From: an uncultured Actinomycetota bacterium
Lineage (GTDB): Bacteria > Actinomycetota > Actinomycetes > JAHEKZ01
NCBI GenBank assembly: GCA_963743915.1
Contig: CAVURN010000002.1
Coordinates: forward strand, 608,001-672,000
Length of the DNA: 64,000 bases
Direction of reading: 5' to 3'
Part shown: piece after piece, positions 62,924-64,000 of the stretch
How the letters are laid out: each line of letters begins with the position of its first letter
How positions within the stretch are numbered: the first letter of the stretch is position 1
The notes under the pieces: model-generated
Databases searched by the model: none
Told to the model about the DNA's origin: nothing
What the model saw: only the letters and a program-made list of their open reading frames with translations
Translations under genes and position numbers: made by a program

Positions 62924-63763
62924 TCACCGGCCGGGGGCGCTGCTCCGCAGCATCGGTAGTGCTACACGGAGGACAGGATCAACGCTGGCCGTGTCCAGAC
63001 CCAGGTGGTCCTCATCCTGGATCGACACGAACTCCGCATGGGGAATCTCCGCCGCCGCCTGTTGCGCCTGCTCGAAGAAGTCCACATCCTGGGCTCCGAC
63101 ACAGATGAGGCAGGGGACTTCCCAGGCGCGCAGGTCCTCGCTGACCGCTCCCTCACCGATGGCTGCCGTCGACGCGGCTCGTAGCGCCGCGGGATCAGAG
63201 GCGAGGTACGTGGCCCGGACGGCTTCGGGGTAGCGTCCGGCGATCGACTCGAAGGACTCGACGAGCGCCTCCATCGCACCTTCATCAGCGCCGGCCAGGG
63301 CTTCTCTCACCACGCGGGCGAGCGGCCCGTCCGGATTCATGGCGTACGGCTGCTGACCCATGATCACCAGCGAAAGCACCCGCTCCGACGCGAGCTCACC
63401 CAGGCCGAAGCAGAGCCTTCCGCCCCACGAGATACCGACGAAGTGCGCTCGCTCAATGTCCAGCGCATCCAGCACGGCCAACACGTCAGCGACCCGCAGC
63501 GGCATGGCATACGCCTGGGGGTCATGGGGCTTGGCGCTCCGGCCGTGGCCCCGATGATCGATGAAGATGAGCCGGAACTCGTCAGTGAGGTCCCGGAGTG
63601 CCACGGCGATCGGAGCGCGTCGGACGAGCTCGACCGGGTCCAGGAATCCGCCCAGGATGACCAGCGGCACGCCACCGCCGCCGTCATCCTCGAAGTACAC
63701 CTGGCTCTGATCGCGAGCGTTCGTGGCGAAGGGCATCGAAGCAGCTCCAAGCGTTGCGGACAC
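62924..63763 (-). CDS. Alpha/beta hydrolase
   Basis: DHRGHGRS, GISWGG, GAQD, DH. Confidence 0.88.
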   Translation of the reverse strand: MSATLGAASMPFATNARDQSQVYFEDDGGGGVPLVILGGFLDPVELVRRAPIAVALRDLTDEFRLIFIDHRGHGRSAKPHDPQAYAMPLRVADVLAVLDALDIERAHFVGISWGGRLCFGLGELASERVLSLVIMGQQPYAMNPDGPLARVVREALAGADEGAMEALVESFESIAGRYPEAVRATYLASDPAALRAASTAAIGEGAVSEDLRAWEVPCLICVGAQDVDFFEQAQQAAAEIPHAEFVSIQDEDHLGLDTASVDPVLRVALPMLRSSAPGR

Positions 63764-63942
63764 GCCATCATCCCGCGGATCCCCTCATACGGCGCAAATT
63801 GGGCAGGCCGGTGAGGCGACTCGATTCCGCGGTCAACCTAAGAGACGGCTGAAACGACTGAACAGAGTGACGAACGCTTCGCGAACGCCGCGATCCCTGC
63901 GGTCTCCATGTTTGACCGCCTCCCACCACCTCAGGAGCAACC

Positions 63943-64000
63943 ATGGCCATTCTCACTGAACGAGAAAGCCCGCACAGGCAACCACCTCGACGGCAGTTTG
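63943..64000 (+). CDS. Possible CDS start truncated by the window edge
   Basis: AGGAG RBS then ATG GCC ATT..., open to the end of the window. Confidence 0.3.
   Translation, partial: MAILTERESPHRQPPRRQF

Overview
High-GC actinobacterial chromosome segment. Core blocks: rnpB, yaaA, RNase H/phosphatase, Zn-ribbon and Nif3 genes; a complete fructose PTS operon; tRNA-Val(TAC); ahpE, DUF3052, aceE and ppk2; and the fasR/mabR-fabD-fabH-acpP-fabF-accD fatty-acid cluster. Accessory blocks: an HTH/hemerythrin/YwiC/cupin/reductase island (21.8-26.4 kb), a carnitine-catabolism cluster (41-47.7 kb) next to a TreT-like gene, a lysyl-oxidase-like gene, and a 49.7-57.8 kb module of K+ channel, P1B-5 ATPase-hemerythrin, RPH-like swivel-His kinase, membrane partner and membrane-anchored PhoD. 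Non-coding signals read from the sequence: several DosR/DevR-like 14-bp boxes, two TTGT-N9-ACAA MabR-type operators, a duplicated operator-like motif in the HTH island, and hairpins sharing GCCGAGTG...CACTCGGC ends. About 20 genes, including normally essential ones, are split by small indels that are most likely long-read errors, so they are reported as single CDSs with approximate ends. No integrase, transposase or CRISPR array was seen. All family calls come from motif recognition by eye, not database searches.
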